Positions 1 to 9,211 of a stretch of 64,000 nucleotides of DNA are shown here, one piece after another. The DNA comes from an uncultured Desulfobacter sp. (GTDB lineage Bacteria > Desulfobacterota > Desulfobacteria > Desulfobacterales > Desulfobacteraceae). A program made the position numbers and the translations under genes. Where the stretch lies: contig OY762069.1 in assembly GCA_963665095.1 (NCBI GenBank), positions 352,001-416,000 of the forward strand. Reading direction: 5' to 3'. Within the stretch, counting starts at the first letter, position 1, and the number at the start of each line of letters is the position of its first letter. A model generated the notes under the pieces. That model saw only the letters and a list, made by a program, of their open reading frames with translations, did no database searches and was not told the origin of the DNA.

Positions 1-1394
1 ACGGCCAGGGTTTGCCATTTTTTAGCGGCAATGAGATCTGACGCGTTGATGGTACGCGGTTTCAAGGGGATCCCTGCATTTTTAGCATCAAGGATACTGT
101 TGCGGTAAACGTCAACCATATCAGGGGGCATCTTGGATTCAAACAGCTTCTGTTCAAGGATGAGGGGGAAGTTGTTGTCTTCAGGGTCCAGTTTCATAGC
201 AGCTGCATCCTTTTCATAGGAGAGCTTGAATTTGGAGGAGAGAACGGCCAGGGAAACATCCAGGCCCAGAATACCGGAAAGGCTGGCCGCCTGCATGGCT
301 TCAGCTGATGCCGCATATCCGTCCACCACCAGCAGGTGGGTGGCACCGGCCTCATCTGTCCAGGGTTTTACCGAAAAGGTCGGGGCATAGGTGCCGGAAT
401 CGGTGAAAGGTGCAATGCCTGTGGGAAGGGTCCAGGTGTCATCAATGAGATGTGCACCGGCAAGGCGCCACTGCTCCCAGATTTTTCCAATCCGTTCCCG
501 CCGTGCTTCTCCTGTCAGGGTCCAGATATGAACATTTTCGGGTAGAATAGCGGGGTAGGTCTGCCGGATGGCATCCATGACCATGCTTCTCGGGGTGAAG
601 TAGTTCACCAGAATGGAGTTGTATGCTGCTGTCTCCACCACCGGTTCCGGCAGCACCAGGCAGCCCATGTATCCCTCGTACTGGTCGCTGATGATCAGGG
701 GCTGGTCAAACAGGTGGAATACACTCATGGGGCCGGTGGGCTCGCCCTTGGCAAATCTGGACGTATTCTCAAGGGTGTCAATGGCTGCCCCCCACACGGT
801 AATGTCCCGTTTCTGAATATCCCGTGAAAAATTATTCCAGGCATATTCCGGATCATTAATAAGGCGCAGCACCCGGTCTTCAAGAAACTTGGCCACCTGG
901 GGCCGGGCATAAATCCGGCCGAACCCCAGAAGGGGATTGGCCCCCATTTCTGCAGTTTCCCCGGCCTTTGGCATGAGCCCCTCGCCGAGACAGACCATGA
1001 TGGCATGGTTTTCAGGCAGGGTGCGGGACAGATACCACAGGCTTTCGCTCATGGCATAGGCGGAAATGGCGTCCGCATCTTTTTTGACAAAATTAAGCTC
1101 TTTTTTAGCCAGTCCCTTTCCTTCCCCGTACCGGCCGAACAGGCGGGTACCCAGGGCTGTCACAGCAGCCGTCACCGCAAGCATCTTTTCTGTGCGGCCA
1201 TCTGTAAAAGAGACCGCATCCATATGACGGCGTTTGATTTTTCTTGCAGACTCGTCACTGAACCACTGGATACGAACATCCTCCAGCCAGAGGTGAAACC
1301 GGCCCAGAATAGGGCGGGTGTCAAATGCCCATTGGGAGATTAAATTTCTTTTCTGTACTTCAGACAGTGACGTGTTTTTCCTTGAATCAGGCAT
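1..1394 (-). CDS. Divergent class II fructose-1,6-bisphosphatase (GlpX)-like protein; 3' end runs off the window
   Basis: Manual translation gives an open frame from ATG at 1394 (GGGAG SD upstream) to base 1: MPDSRKNTSL...VTAAVTALGTRLFGRYGEGK...DADAISAYAM...CLGEGLMP...AIDTLENTSRFAKG...YEGYM...DGYAASAEAMQAA. These motifs occur in the same order as GlpX (VTEAAA, AADxAAVxAM, IGEGE, AVDPLEGT, YM, GGAPEG). Absent from the ORF track because there is no stop codon inside the window. Confidence 0.65.
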   Translation of the reverse strand, partial: MPDSRKNTSLSEVQKRNLISQWAFDTRPILGRFHLWLEDVRIQWFSDESARKIKRRHMDAVSFTDGRTEKMLAVTAAVTALGTRLFGRYGEGKGLAKKELNFVKKDADAISAYAMSESLWYLSRTLPENHAIMVCLGEGLMPKAGETAEMGANPLLGFGRIYARPQVAKFLEDRVLRLINDPEYAWNNFSRDIQKRDITVWGAAIDTLENTSRFAKGEPTGPMSVFHLFDQPLIISDQYEGYMGCLVLPEPVVETAAYNSILVNYFTPRSMVMDAIRQTYPAILPENVHIWTLTGEARRERIGKIWEQWRLAGAHLIDDTWTLPTGIAPFTDSGTYAPTFSVKPWTDEAGATHLLVVDGYAASAEAMQAASLSGILGLDVSLAVLSSKFKLSYEKDAAAMKLDPEDNNFPLILEQKLFESKMPPDMVDVYRNSILDAKNAGIPLKPRTINASDLIAAKKWQTLA

Positions 1395-1544
1395 GGTATC
1401 AGCTCCCGTCGTCTTTGAATCCGCCCGTTTATGGATATTTGAATATGGGCTGATTTATCATTTCCAAAGAAAACATGTCAAGCTTTGCTGGACATATACT
1501 CAAAGAGGTTGTCTTAAACCCCGGCCTTGGGTATTGTGACCCCT

Positions 1545-4079
1545 ATGAATTTGAGATCAGATAACGCCTTTGACACAGGGCACATCAATGAACGCCTTAA
1601 AGGTGTCGTGGACCGGGTTACGTTTCATAATCCGGATAATGGCTGGTCTGTGCTCAAGGTGCTTCCCTTTGACACCCCCGGGGCACGGGAGACCGTGGTG
1701 GTCCACCAGACAAAAGTATTTGCCGGTGCCACCATGGAGTTTGAAGGGGCCTGGACCATGCACCCGAAATTCGGCCGGCAGTTCAAGGCGGTCCATGCCA
1801 GGGAACAGAAACCAGCCACGGCAGGCGCTCTGGAAAAGTATCTGGGTTCCGGCCTGATCAAAGGGGTTGGCCCCAAGACCGCCAAAAAAATTGTGGCATT
1901 TTTTGGGGCACAGACCCTGGATGTTTTTGAAACAGATATTTCCCGTCTGATTGAAGTTCCGGGTATTGCAGAAAAAAAACTTCAGATGATTTCCAAGGCC
2001 TGGCAGGAGCACAAGTCCATCCGGGAGGTGATGATGTTTCTGCAGTCCCACGGCATATCCACGCTGTTTTCCGTGCGGATTTACAAGGAATACGGACAGA
2101 ACGCCATTGCCTGGATTACGGAAAACCCCTACCGGCTCGCCGCAGATTTTTTCGGGATTGGTTTTTTCTCCGCAGACAAGGTGGCTTTAAGCATCGGGCT
2201 TGAACATGACAGCCCCCAAAGAATTGTGGCCGGTATCCGACATGTTCTGTCTGCGGCCAGGGAATTTGGCCACTGTTATCTGACAGCACCCCAGATTCAG
2301 GAACAGGTGGAAGGACTTTTAGATCTTGATTTGTCCAAAAAATTAAATGCCATGTTAACAGGCATGGAGGACAATCGTCTTTTGATGCGTCGGGATCTGG
2401 CAGATGATAATGGATGTTTTGTGGCCTGTTATTATGCCCGGTCCCTCTATTTTGATGAAGCCTATGTGGCGAAACGGGTGGCAGACCCCGGGCCTGTCCG
2501 TTCCTTTGACCGAACCCGCATAGACAGGTGGGTGGATCTATACTGCAGCCGATATGAAATAAGCCTTAGCCCTGAACAGGCTGCAGCCGTAAAGGGCGTG
2601 GTTCAGGAGCAGTTTTCCATACTTACCGGCGGGCCCGGGTGCGGGAAAACTACAGCCACCCGGGTGATGGTCCGGCTGCTGGAGGCCATGGGTCTGAAGG
2701 TGACGCTGGCAGCTCCTACGGGCCGGGCAGCCCAACGCATGAGTGAAGTGATTGGAAAATCAGCCAAAACCATCCACCGGCTTTTGGGCTGGAAGGCCCA
2801 GGGGTTCAAAAAAAACGAAAAAAATCAGCTGAAAACAGACTTTCTGGTGGTGGATGAGTGCTCCATGCTGGACATTAATCTTACGGCATCCCTGCTGAAA
2901 GCCGTACCTTCCGACAGTCAGGTGGTGTTTATCGGGGATTATGACCAGCTGCCGTCAGTGGGGGCCGGCAACGTGTTAAAAGACATTATTGCGTCTAAAA
3001 AAATTCCCTGCTTTCGTCTGACCAAAGTGTTCCGCCAGGCCCGGGCATCATGGATAATCAAGTTTGCCCACCAGATCAACCAGGGAGAAATGCCATGGAT
3101 TAAAAGTCCTTTTAAAAGTCCATCAATCTGGCGGGATGGAACGGACTGCCTGTTTATTGATTCTGATGAAGCCACGAACGAACAACTGGGCTTTATCAAC
3201 CGGGTTAAACGCCTGTATGAGGCATCCGGCATGGAAAGTGCGCTTTCGGCCAGCCAGGGCTCAGATTCCCAGGATCCGGAACAGGAGCGGCTGTTCGAGT
3301 TCCGGGTGGATGAGGCGTGTTCCCCCTGGGAAACTGAAATCCAGGTGCCCAAAAAATTTGCCCACGTTGATCTGACACGCCTGGCTGACACACAGACGCC
3401 GGTGGAAGAGTTGATGGCGGTGGTGGAAAAAGTGCATCCCTGGTCTTCGCTGCATTATGGTCTTTCAGCACTGGATGCGGTGAAAAAACTCTATCTGGAA
3501 TGGATCCCCAAATACCTGGGGCAGGATGCGGAAATTCAGATTCTTTCTCCCATGACCCGGGGAAGCCTTGGCACCAGATCGTTGAACAGTGAAATCCAGG
3601 AGCACTTTAATCCAATGAGCCAGGGCAAGGCACAGCTGACAGTCGGGCAAAGAGTCTTCAGGACCGGGGACCGGGTTATCCACCGGAAAAACAATTATGA
3701 TTTAGGGGTGTTTAACGGGGATATCGGCATTATTGACCAGATTGATACCATGGATATCACATGCACTGTCAGGTTTCTGCCGGATAACCGGATAGTGCGG
3801 TATCAGCAGGCAGATATCATGGAGCTGGATCTTGCATACGCCATTACCATCCATAAATCCCAGGGCAGCGAATTTGAAGTGGTGATTATTCCGGTCCTGA
3901 CCCAGCACTTTAAAATGCTCTTCCGTAACCTGATCTACACAGGAATTACGCGGGCGAAAAGGCTGGCTGTATTTGTGGGTACCCGCAGGGCTTTGGCCAT
4001 GGCGGTAAAAAACAAAGACATCAGCCACAGGCAAACAGCGCTGAGAGCCTTGCTATCCGGGGAAATCAACCATTTATAA
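1545..4079 (+). CDS. recD2: ATP-dependent RecD2-like SF1B DNA helicase
   Basis: N-terminal RecD2 region (YLGSGLIKGVGP, HhH motif), Walker A GGPGCGKT, AAPTGRAA, VDECSM, GDYDQLPSVG, YAITIHKSQGSEF, YTGITRAK. The track starts at TTG 1527; ATG 1545 preferred. Confidence 0.92.
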   Translation: MNLRSDNAFDTGHINERLKGVVDRVTFHNPDNGWSVLKVLPFDTPGARETVVVHQTKVFAGATMEFEGAWTMHPKFGRQFKAVHAREQKPATAGALEKYLGSGLIKGVGPKTAKKIVAFFGAQTLDVFETDISRLIEVPGIAEKKLQMISKAWQEHKSIREVMMFLQSHGISTLFSVRIYKEYGQNAIAWITENPYRLAADFFGIGFFSADKVALSIGLEHDSPQRIVAGIRHVLSAAREFGHCYLTAPQIQEQVEGLLDLDLSKKLNAMLTGMEDNRLLMRRDLADDNGCFVACYYARSLYFDEAYVAKRVADPGPVRSFDRTRIDRWVDLYCSRYEISLSPEQAAAVKGVVQEQFSILTGGPGCGKTTATRVMVRLLEAMGLKVTLAAPTGRAAQRMSEVIGKSAKTIHRLLGWKAQGFKKNEKNQLKTDFLVVDECSMLDINLTASLLKAVPSDSQVVFIGDYDQLPSVGAGNVLKDIIASKKIPCFRLTKVFRQARASWIIKFAHQINQGEMPWIKSPFKSPSIWRDGTDCLFIDSDEATNEQLGFINRVKRLYEASGMESALSASQGSDSQDPEQERLFEFRVDEACSPWETEIQVPKKFAHVDLTRLADTQTPVEELMAVVEKVHPWSSLHYGLSALDAVKKLYLEWIPKYLGQDAEIQILSPMTRGSLGTRSLNSEIQEHFNPMSQGKAQLTVGQRVFRTGDRVIHRKNNYDLGVFNGDIGIIDQIDTMDITCTVRFLPDNRIVRYQQADIMELDLAYAITIHKSQGSEFEVVIIPVLTQHFKMLFRNLIYTGITRAKRLAVFVGTRRALAMAVKNKDISHRQTALRALLSGEINHL

Positions 4080-4223
4080 ACAGACATGGATGTAACGTCG
4101 GTGCTGATGTGAAATAGCTGCCTGATACATCGGCTTCTTCCCTGAACTGTGGGCCAGTTTCAGCAAAATTACCGCACCAGTGAAATCAGTCTGCCAGTGA
4201 AATATATTTGACTGACCATAGGG

Positions 4224-4514
4224 TTATAGCGGGGTGTTATTGATCCTGTCTTTAAGTTTGCCTGCACATTTAAAGGTCACCACCCGTCTTTTTTCCAGAA
4301 TCATGGCATCCCCAGTGGCAGGATTTCTTCCTTTTCTCGGAGATTTATCAATTACCTGAAATTTGCCGAATCCGGAGATCATGATGTCCTCACCTGACGC
4401 CAATGTGGATTTTATGATTTCAATGAGGGATTCAAGCACCTCTTTGGCTTCGGATGGATTTTGATTAAATGTCTCAGAAATTTTATCGATAAGTGTGGAT
4501 TTGGTACAGGTCAA
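4224..4514 (-). CDS. Integration host factor/HU family DNA-binding protein (alpha-like)
   Basis: ISGFGKF...RKGRNPATG...RRVVTFK signature; TTG start. Confidence 0.9.
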   Translation of the reverse strand: MTCTKSTLIDKISETFNQNPSEAKEVLESLIEIIKSTLASGEDIMISGFGKFQVIDKSPRKGRNPATGDAMILEKRRVVTFKCAGKLKDRINNTPL

Positions 4515-4556
4515 AATATCAGCCTTTTTTTTTCAGTTTTAAGTGATAAAGCTTGA

Positions 4557-4587
4557 ATTATATTAATAGAATTTTTTCAAGAGTCAA
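4557..4587 (-). promoter_or_regulatory. Possible sigma-70 promoter of the IHF gene
   Basis: Minus strand TTGACT (4587-4582) and TATAAT (4562-4557) with a 19-nt spacer, or TAATAT with a 16-nt spacer. Confidence 0.35.
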
Positions 4588-4827
4588 GCCATTAGTATTG
4601 TAAAATGAAAACAGATAGCCTAGAATGACCATTCAGAAATGAAACGGATATTCTGTCTATTGATGACAGACAGGCTAAAAGGCCAGAAAGATATACCCTG
4701 AACACTTCGGGAAATGGCCCTGATCAGCTGAATTGTATTGGGGTTTGGAAAGTTGCCGCTGCCCTGTTTTGAACTGCGGAACCGTTGCTTTGATTTGAAT
4801 TGGGATGATTTGAAAGGAGAATGAAAG

Positions 4828-6174
4828 TTGTCATATCAAAAGGAATACAAGCAAAAGCTCAGAAGCGCTGAAGATGCCGTTAAGATCGTTGAGTCCGGAA
4901 ATGTGGTGGATTATGGTTTTTTTAACGGAAAACCCGGGGTCTGTGATCTGGCACTGACTGACAGGGCGGATGAACTGGAGGATGTCTCTATTTTTTCAGC
5001 CGTGACCCTGCCGCCGATTCCCATGGTGGTCACAAAACCGGATTCTTTTACCTACAATGATCTTCAGTTCAGCAAATTGACCCGTATGCTCAAAGAGCAT
5101 CATAAAAATATCTATTACGGTCCGGTGCTCTACCACCTGATTCCGCCGCTGGTGGAAAACGGTCTCGGGCCTGACCGGGACGTGGGCTTTTACCAGGTCT
5201 GCCCCATGGACAAGCATGGCTGGTTCAACCTGGGACCTCAAAATTCCGAAACCCGGGTTAAAATACAGATTGATAAAAAAGTTGTGGTTGAGGTGAATAA
5301 AAGCATGCCGGTATGTTTAGGCGGTGCTGATGAAGCCGTTCATATCTCTGAAATTGACTATATTGTAGAGGCCCCGGATGATCAGGTGCCATTTGCCGCG
5401 GCCCCTGCCGAACCCAGTGATGTAGACCGGCAGATTGCCAATCAGGTCATGCCTTTTATCCAGGACGGCAGCGTGATTCAGTTAGGAATCGGCGGTATGC
5501 CCAATGCTGTGGGCAAGCTGATTGCCGAAAGTGATCTGAAAAATCTGGGCGGGCACACCGAAATGTTTGTGGATGCCTTTGTGGACATGATCGAAGCCGG
5601 CCGGATGAACGGATCCAAAAAGGCCTTTGACCGCCACCGGGTGGCATATACCTTTGCCATCGGCAGCCAGCGCCTCTATGACTTCATGGACAATAATCCG
5701 GCCATTGCCTCCTATCCTGTGACTTATTGCAATGATCCCCGGGTGATCAGTAAACATGATAATTTTGTATCCATTAATAACGCCCTGCAGGTGGATCTGT
5801 ATTCCCAGGTGAATGCCGAGAGCAACGGATTTTCGCAGATATCCGGCAACGGTGGCATGTTTGATTTTGTGCTCGGGTCCCAGTGGTCTAAAAACGGGAA
5901 AAGCTTTATCTGTCTGGCCAGCACGTTCACCGATAAAAAGGGCAATGTAAAATCCCGTATCGTGCCGACATTTAAAGAGGGGTCCATCACCACCATTCCC
6001 CGGCAGATGGTGGATTATCTGGTTACCGAATACGGGGCCGTCCGCATGCACCTTTTGCCAACCTGGCAACGGGCTGAATCCGTGATCAGTCTGGCTCATC
6101 CGGATTTCCGGGATGATCTGATCAAGGCGGCTGAAGTTCAGGGGATCTGGCGCCGGAGCAATAAAAAACTGTAG
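4828..6174 (+). CDS. Acetyl-CoA hydrolase/transferase family protein (butyryl-CoA:acetate CoA-transferase-like)
   Basis: IQLGIGGMPNAV, LGGHTEM (catalytic Glu), SINNALQVDLYSQVNAES, SGNGGMFDF, VTEYG; TTG start after AAAGGAG. Confidence 0.9.
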   Translation: MSYQKEYKQKLRSAEDAVKIVESGNVVDYGFFNGKPGVCDLALTDRADELEDVSIFSAVTLPPIPMVVTKPDSFTYNDLQFSKLTRMLKEHHKNIYYGPVLYHLIPPLVENGLGPDRDVGFYQVCPMDKHGWFNLGPQNSETRVKIQIDKKVVVEVNKSMPVCLGGADEAVHISEIDYIVEAPDDQVPFAAAPAEPSDVDRQIANQVMPFIQDGSVIQLGIGGMPNAVGKLIAESDLKNLGGHTEMFVDAFVDMIEAGRMNGSKKAFDRHRVAYTFAIGSQRLYDFMDNNPAIASYPVTYCNDPRVISKHDNFVSINNALQVDLYSQVNAESNGFSQISGNGGMFDFVLGSQWSKNGKSFICLASTFTDKKGNVKSRIVPTFKEGSITTIPRQMVDYLVTEYGAVRMHLLPTWQRAESVISLAHPDFRDDLIKAAEVQGIWRRSNKKL

Positions 6175-6224
6175 GCTATATTTAAAATGCCCCTTTTCCG
6201 GGCTAACGAAGTTTTATTAATAAC

Positions 6225-6260
6225 GAAGGCTTTTTAAGTGACATCGCTTAAAAAGCCTTC
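6225..6260. terminator. Probable bidirectional intrinsic terminator
   Basis: GAAGGCTTTTTAAG...CTTAAAAAGCCTTC inverted repeat between convergent genes, followed by a T-rich tract. Confidence 0.7.
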
Positions 6261-6318
6261 TTGTTTTATTGAATGATTGGGTCAGAAAAGTTGCCCGGTT
6301 TCGGTTTATACGAGTTTT

Positions 6319-8562
6319 TCAGTATTTTTCAAAGGCATCATCCAGGGAATCCTCTCCCATATCCAGTATAACGCCCCGGGCCTGGCCCAGGGTTTCCGGC
6401 TTATTGGTGATGCTTATGGGCCTTGGTTCCTGGCTGTCCCACTCGCTGCCGTTTGTTTTGTCTTGCTGGTGAGAGCTGGGCCGTTCCTGGGTTTTTGCCG
6501 GTATTTTCTTGGTATGGACTTTAAAGTAGGAAATTGCATCCTGGAGCTGCTCTGCTTGGGCTGACAGCTCTTCTGCCGTGGATGACATCTCTTCGGAAGA
6601 GCTGGCATTCTGCTGAATGACCTGGTCGAGCTGTTGCAGGGCGGTATTGATCTGGTCGGCACCGGTGCTCTGTTCGGCAGAGGCGGCATTGATCTCCTGA
6701 ACCAGTTCTGATGTTTTACGGATGTCAGGCACGATTTTATTAAGCATCTCTCCGGCATTTTCTGCAATTTCAACACTGGAAGTGGACAGATTACTGATTT
6801 CACTGGCCGCTGCCTGACTGCGTTCTGCAAGTTTTCTCACTGCGTCCGCGACCACGGCAAACCCTTTGCCGTGGTCGCCAGCCCGGGCCGCTTCAATGGC
6901 GGCATTCAGCGCCAGCATATTTGTCTGCCTGGCAATCTCTTCAATAATGAGAATTTTGTCGGCAATCTCTCTCATGGCCACAACTGTTTGGGCCACAGCT
7001 TCTCCACCCTTTTCAGCGTCTTCTGCGGCCTGAACCGCTAAACGTTCCGTCTGTTGGGCATTGTCCGCATTCTGTTTGATGTTTCCGGACATCTGTTCCA
7101 TGGAGGCAGATGCCTGTTCTGCTGATGCTGCCTGCTCTGTGGCACCCTGGGACATCTGTTCGGATGTGGCACTGAGCTCTTCACTGCCTGCGGCCACACT
7201 GCTCACTGCATTCTGTACCTCTCCGACAATATCTGTAAGCGATGCCACCATATTTTTCATGGCGGTTTGTAATTGGCCAATTTCATCTTCCCCCAAGGCA
7301 TTTATGGTGACATTCAAGTCGCCTTCGGCCAGTTTGTTGGCAACCTTGACACCTTCAGATAGGGGATCCTCTATGTATTTTTTACTCATGAGGCAAACCC
7401 AGAAAAAAGCCGCAACCACCAGTATGGTAATGGTAACAGCCATAAAGATAACCTGACGGCGCACAACAGAACGCAATTGCATTTCTTTTGCAGCAATTTG
7501 GGCTTGGAGTCCGTCAACGTATACGCCTGTGACCACAATCCAGTTCCAGGGTTTGAAAAATTTGAAATAGCCCAGTTTCGGCTGTGGTGTTTCAGAACCG
7601 ATTTTGGGCCAGGTATAGTCAATATGACCGACGCCGTCTGATTTGGCTGTTTCAATGATTTCCCTGAAAATATACCTGCCGGCAGAATCCTTTGTGTCCA
7701 AAAGGTTTCTACCGATGGTCTCCTGGTTCAGGTGGGCCAGAATATTGGCTTCCGTATCCATGATATAAAAGTAATCATTATCGCCGTATTTCATCTTCGA
7801 TATAATCTCTTCAGCTTCTTTCCGTCCGTCAGCTTCTGCCTGATCCACATAAATGCCTGTACCCACAATCCAGTTCCAGGGTTTGAAATACCTGATATAA
7901 GACAGCTTTCTGACCCATTTGGTATTGTCATCCAACGAGGGCCATAAATAGCTGATAAACCCGTCACCGGATTCTTTGCCGATCCGGACCATTTCAATGA
8001 ACATGGGCGTGGTAGTTCCTTCGGCCATAATAACCTTGCCATTTTTCGTATAACGAGAGAGGTCTTTGCCGTAGAGGTCCGAAACTTTGGGGTGCATTAC
8101 CATTTTGGGGTATGTATTGTTAATCCAGAAGTAGTTGCCGCTGGCATAGCCAAGCGTACTGATTTTCTTTTTAACGGCTTCCTTTGCTTCTTTCATAAGG
8201 TTTTCGGAAAATTCAGTGGACAAAGAGGCGTCATTTAAAGCGATATTGTAGGCGTCATTGATCATAGAGAAAGGAATATCCACAAGATTTTTTAAGCCGG
8301 GTCCGTATTTCTTTTTAATATCTTCAACAGTGACCGCCTGGCTGTGAATCTTCTCCACCATGGTATAGACCGTGTCCACCAGATCTTTAAGTTTTTGTTT
8401 GGTTTCATCCATCAGCTCTTTTTTAAAGGCGGCAACATCCTCACTGGCCTGGTGGATGGTGTTGTAAAGTGAATAGCCGCCCACTATTCCCACGGAAATG
8501 AGGATACCAAAAATAACGATCACAATAATTTTCATTTTGATTTTCATGTTTTTGAAACTCAT
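6319..8562 (-). CDS. Methyl-accepting chemotaxis protein with tandem Cache sensor domains and HAMP
   Basis: Two TM segments, two Cache-type repeats (YxWP...K.SY/GY..YFKPWNWIVxTGxYVD), signalling tip IARQTNMLALNAAIEAARAGDHGKGFAVVA, C-terminal DDAFEKY pentapeptide-like tail. Confidence 0.95.
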   Translation of the reverse strand: MSFKNMKIKMKIIVIVIFGILISVGIVGGYSLYNTIHQASEDVAAFKKELMDETKQKLKDLVDTVYTMVEKIHSQAVTVEDIKKKYGPGLKNLVDIPFSMINDAYNIALNDASLSTEFSENLMKEAKEAVKKKISTLGYASGNYFWINNTYPKMVMHPKVSDLYGKDLSRYTKNGKVIMAEGTTTPMFIEMVRIGKESGDGFISYLWPSLDDNTKWVRKLSYIRYFKPWNWIVGTGIYVDQAEADGRKEAEEIISKMKYGDNDYFYIMDTEANILAHLNQETIGRNLLDTKDSAGRYIFREIIETAKSDGVGHIDYTWPKIGSETPQPKLGYFKFFKPWNWIVVTGVYVDGLQAQIAAKEMQLRSVVRRQVIFMAVTITILVVAAFFWVCLMSKKYIEDPLSEGVKVANKLAEGDLNVTINALGEDEIGQLQTAMKNMVASLTDIVGEVQNAVSSVAAGSEELSATSEQMSQGATEQAASAEQASASMEQMSGNIKQNADNAQQTERLAVQAAEDAEKGGEAVAQTVVAMREIADKILIIEEIARQTNMLALNAAIEAARAGDHGKGFAVVADAVRKLAERSQAAASEISNLSTSSVEIAENAGEMLNKIVPDIRKTSELVQEINAASAEQSTGADQINTALQQLDQVIQQNASSSEEMSSTAEELSAQAEQLQDAISYFKVHTKKIPAKTQERPSSHQQDKTNGSEWDSQEPRPISITNKPETLGQARGVILDMGEDSLDDAFEKY

Positions 8563-9211
8563 TCCATCCTCCTTGTTACTAATCTTGCACCAGACATGTA
8601 AGTATATTTAAAATTTTAGCCATAACACCTTTAAATAATCAGACTATACCCGGCCGCAATTAGAATACCTGCAGATGTTATCATAAAATTTTTACGATAA
8701 AGGGCTGTTTGTTCGTAAAAGGATATCTAAATATCTTATTTCGTACGGGTCTATTCATTTTCGTAACAGCCGTCTGGAAGACGGGCTCTATTTTAGTTAA
8801 CTGCAGGTTCGCCAAATCGCACCAGCAATGTAACAGTCTCGTGTAAGGTAACAGCAGTAATTTTCTTTGCAGAATGGGTATCAACAATAGTGATCCAAAG
8901 AACCAAAAACTAAAATGGATTGTTATAAATAGTTTGGTTATATCTGCTTGTGGGATATATTGTCAACATTCAATGCAGTATTTTACCATTTCGCTTATTT
9001 TATTCTATATACATAAAATGGTGGAAATTTGTTTAAAAATACGGCATGGTAAAACCAAATGTAAAATTTTTCCTTCCTATGCCTGGGAAGGGCTGTCCCT
9101 GAATATGACAGAATCGATTTTTGTTCTTTTGACATTGTTATCATGCTGGTGCTATAAGTTAAAGTTAAGAAAACCCCTCTTCTGTCATTACAGACATACG
9201 ATTCAAAGGAA

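Noticed and set aside
336..1539. Short ORFs in the track (336-545, 613-816, 725-1006, 1005-1343, 1318-1539)
   Set aside because: They are shadows of the long minus-strand GlpX-like gene at 1-1394.
4177..4203. CCAGTGAAAT direct repeat between recD2 and ihf
   Set aside because: Only two 10-bp copies in a convergent gap; could be chance.
4652..4670. TCTGTC-N7-GACAGA palindrome upstream of the CoA-transferase
   Set aside because: 6-bp arms and a single occurrence; too weak to call an operator.
8563..9211. AT-rich divergent region between the MCP and the che operon, with short ORFs; searched for sigma-28/sigma-54 promoters and a c-di-GMP riboswitch
   Set aside because: No convincing consensus or riboswitch motif; the ORFs lack an RBS and protein-like composition.
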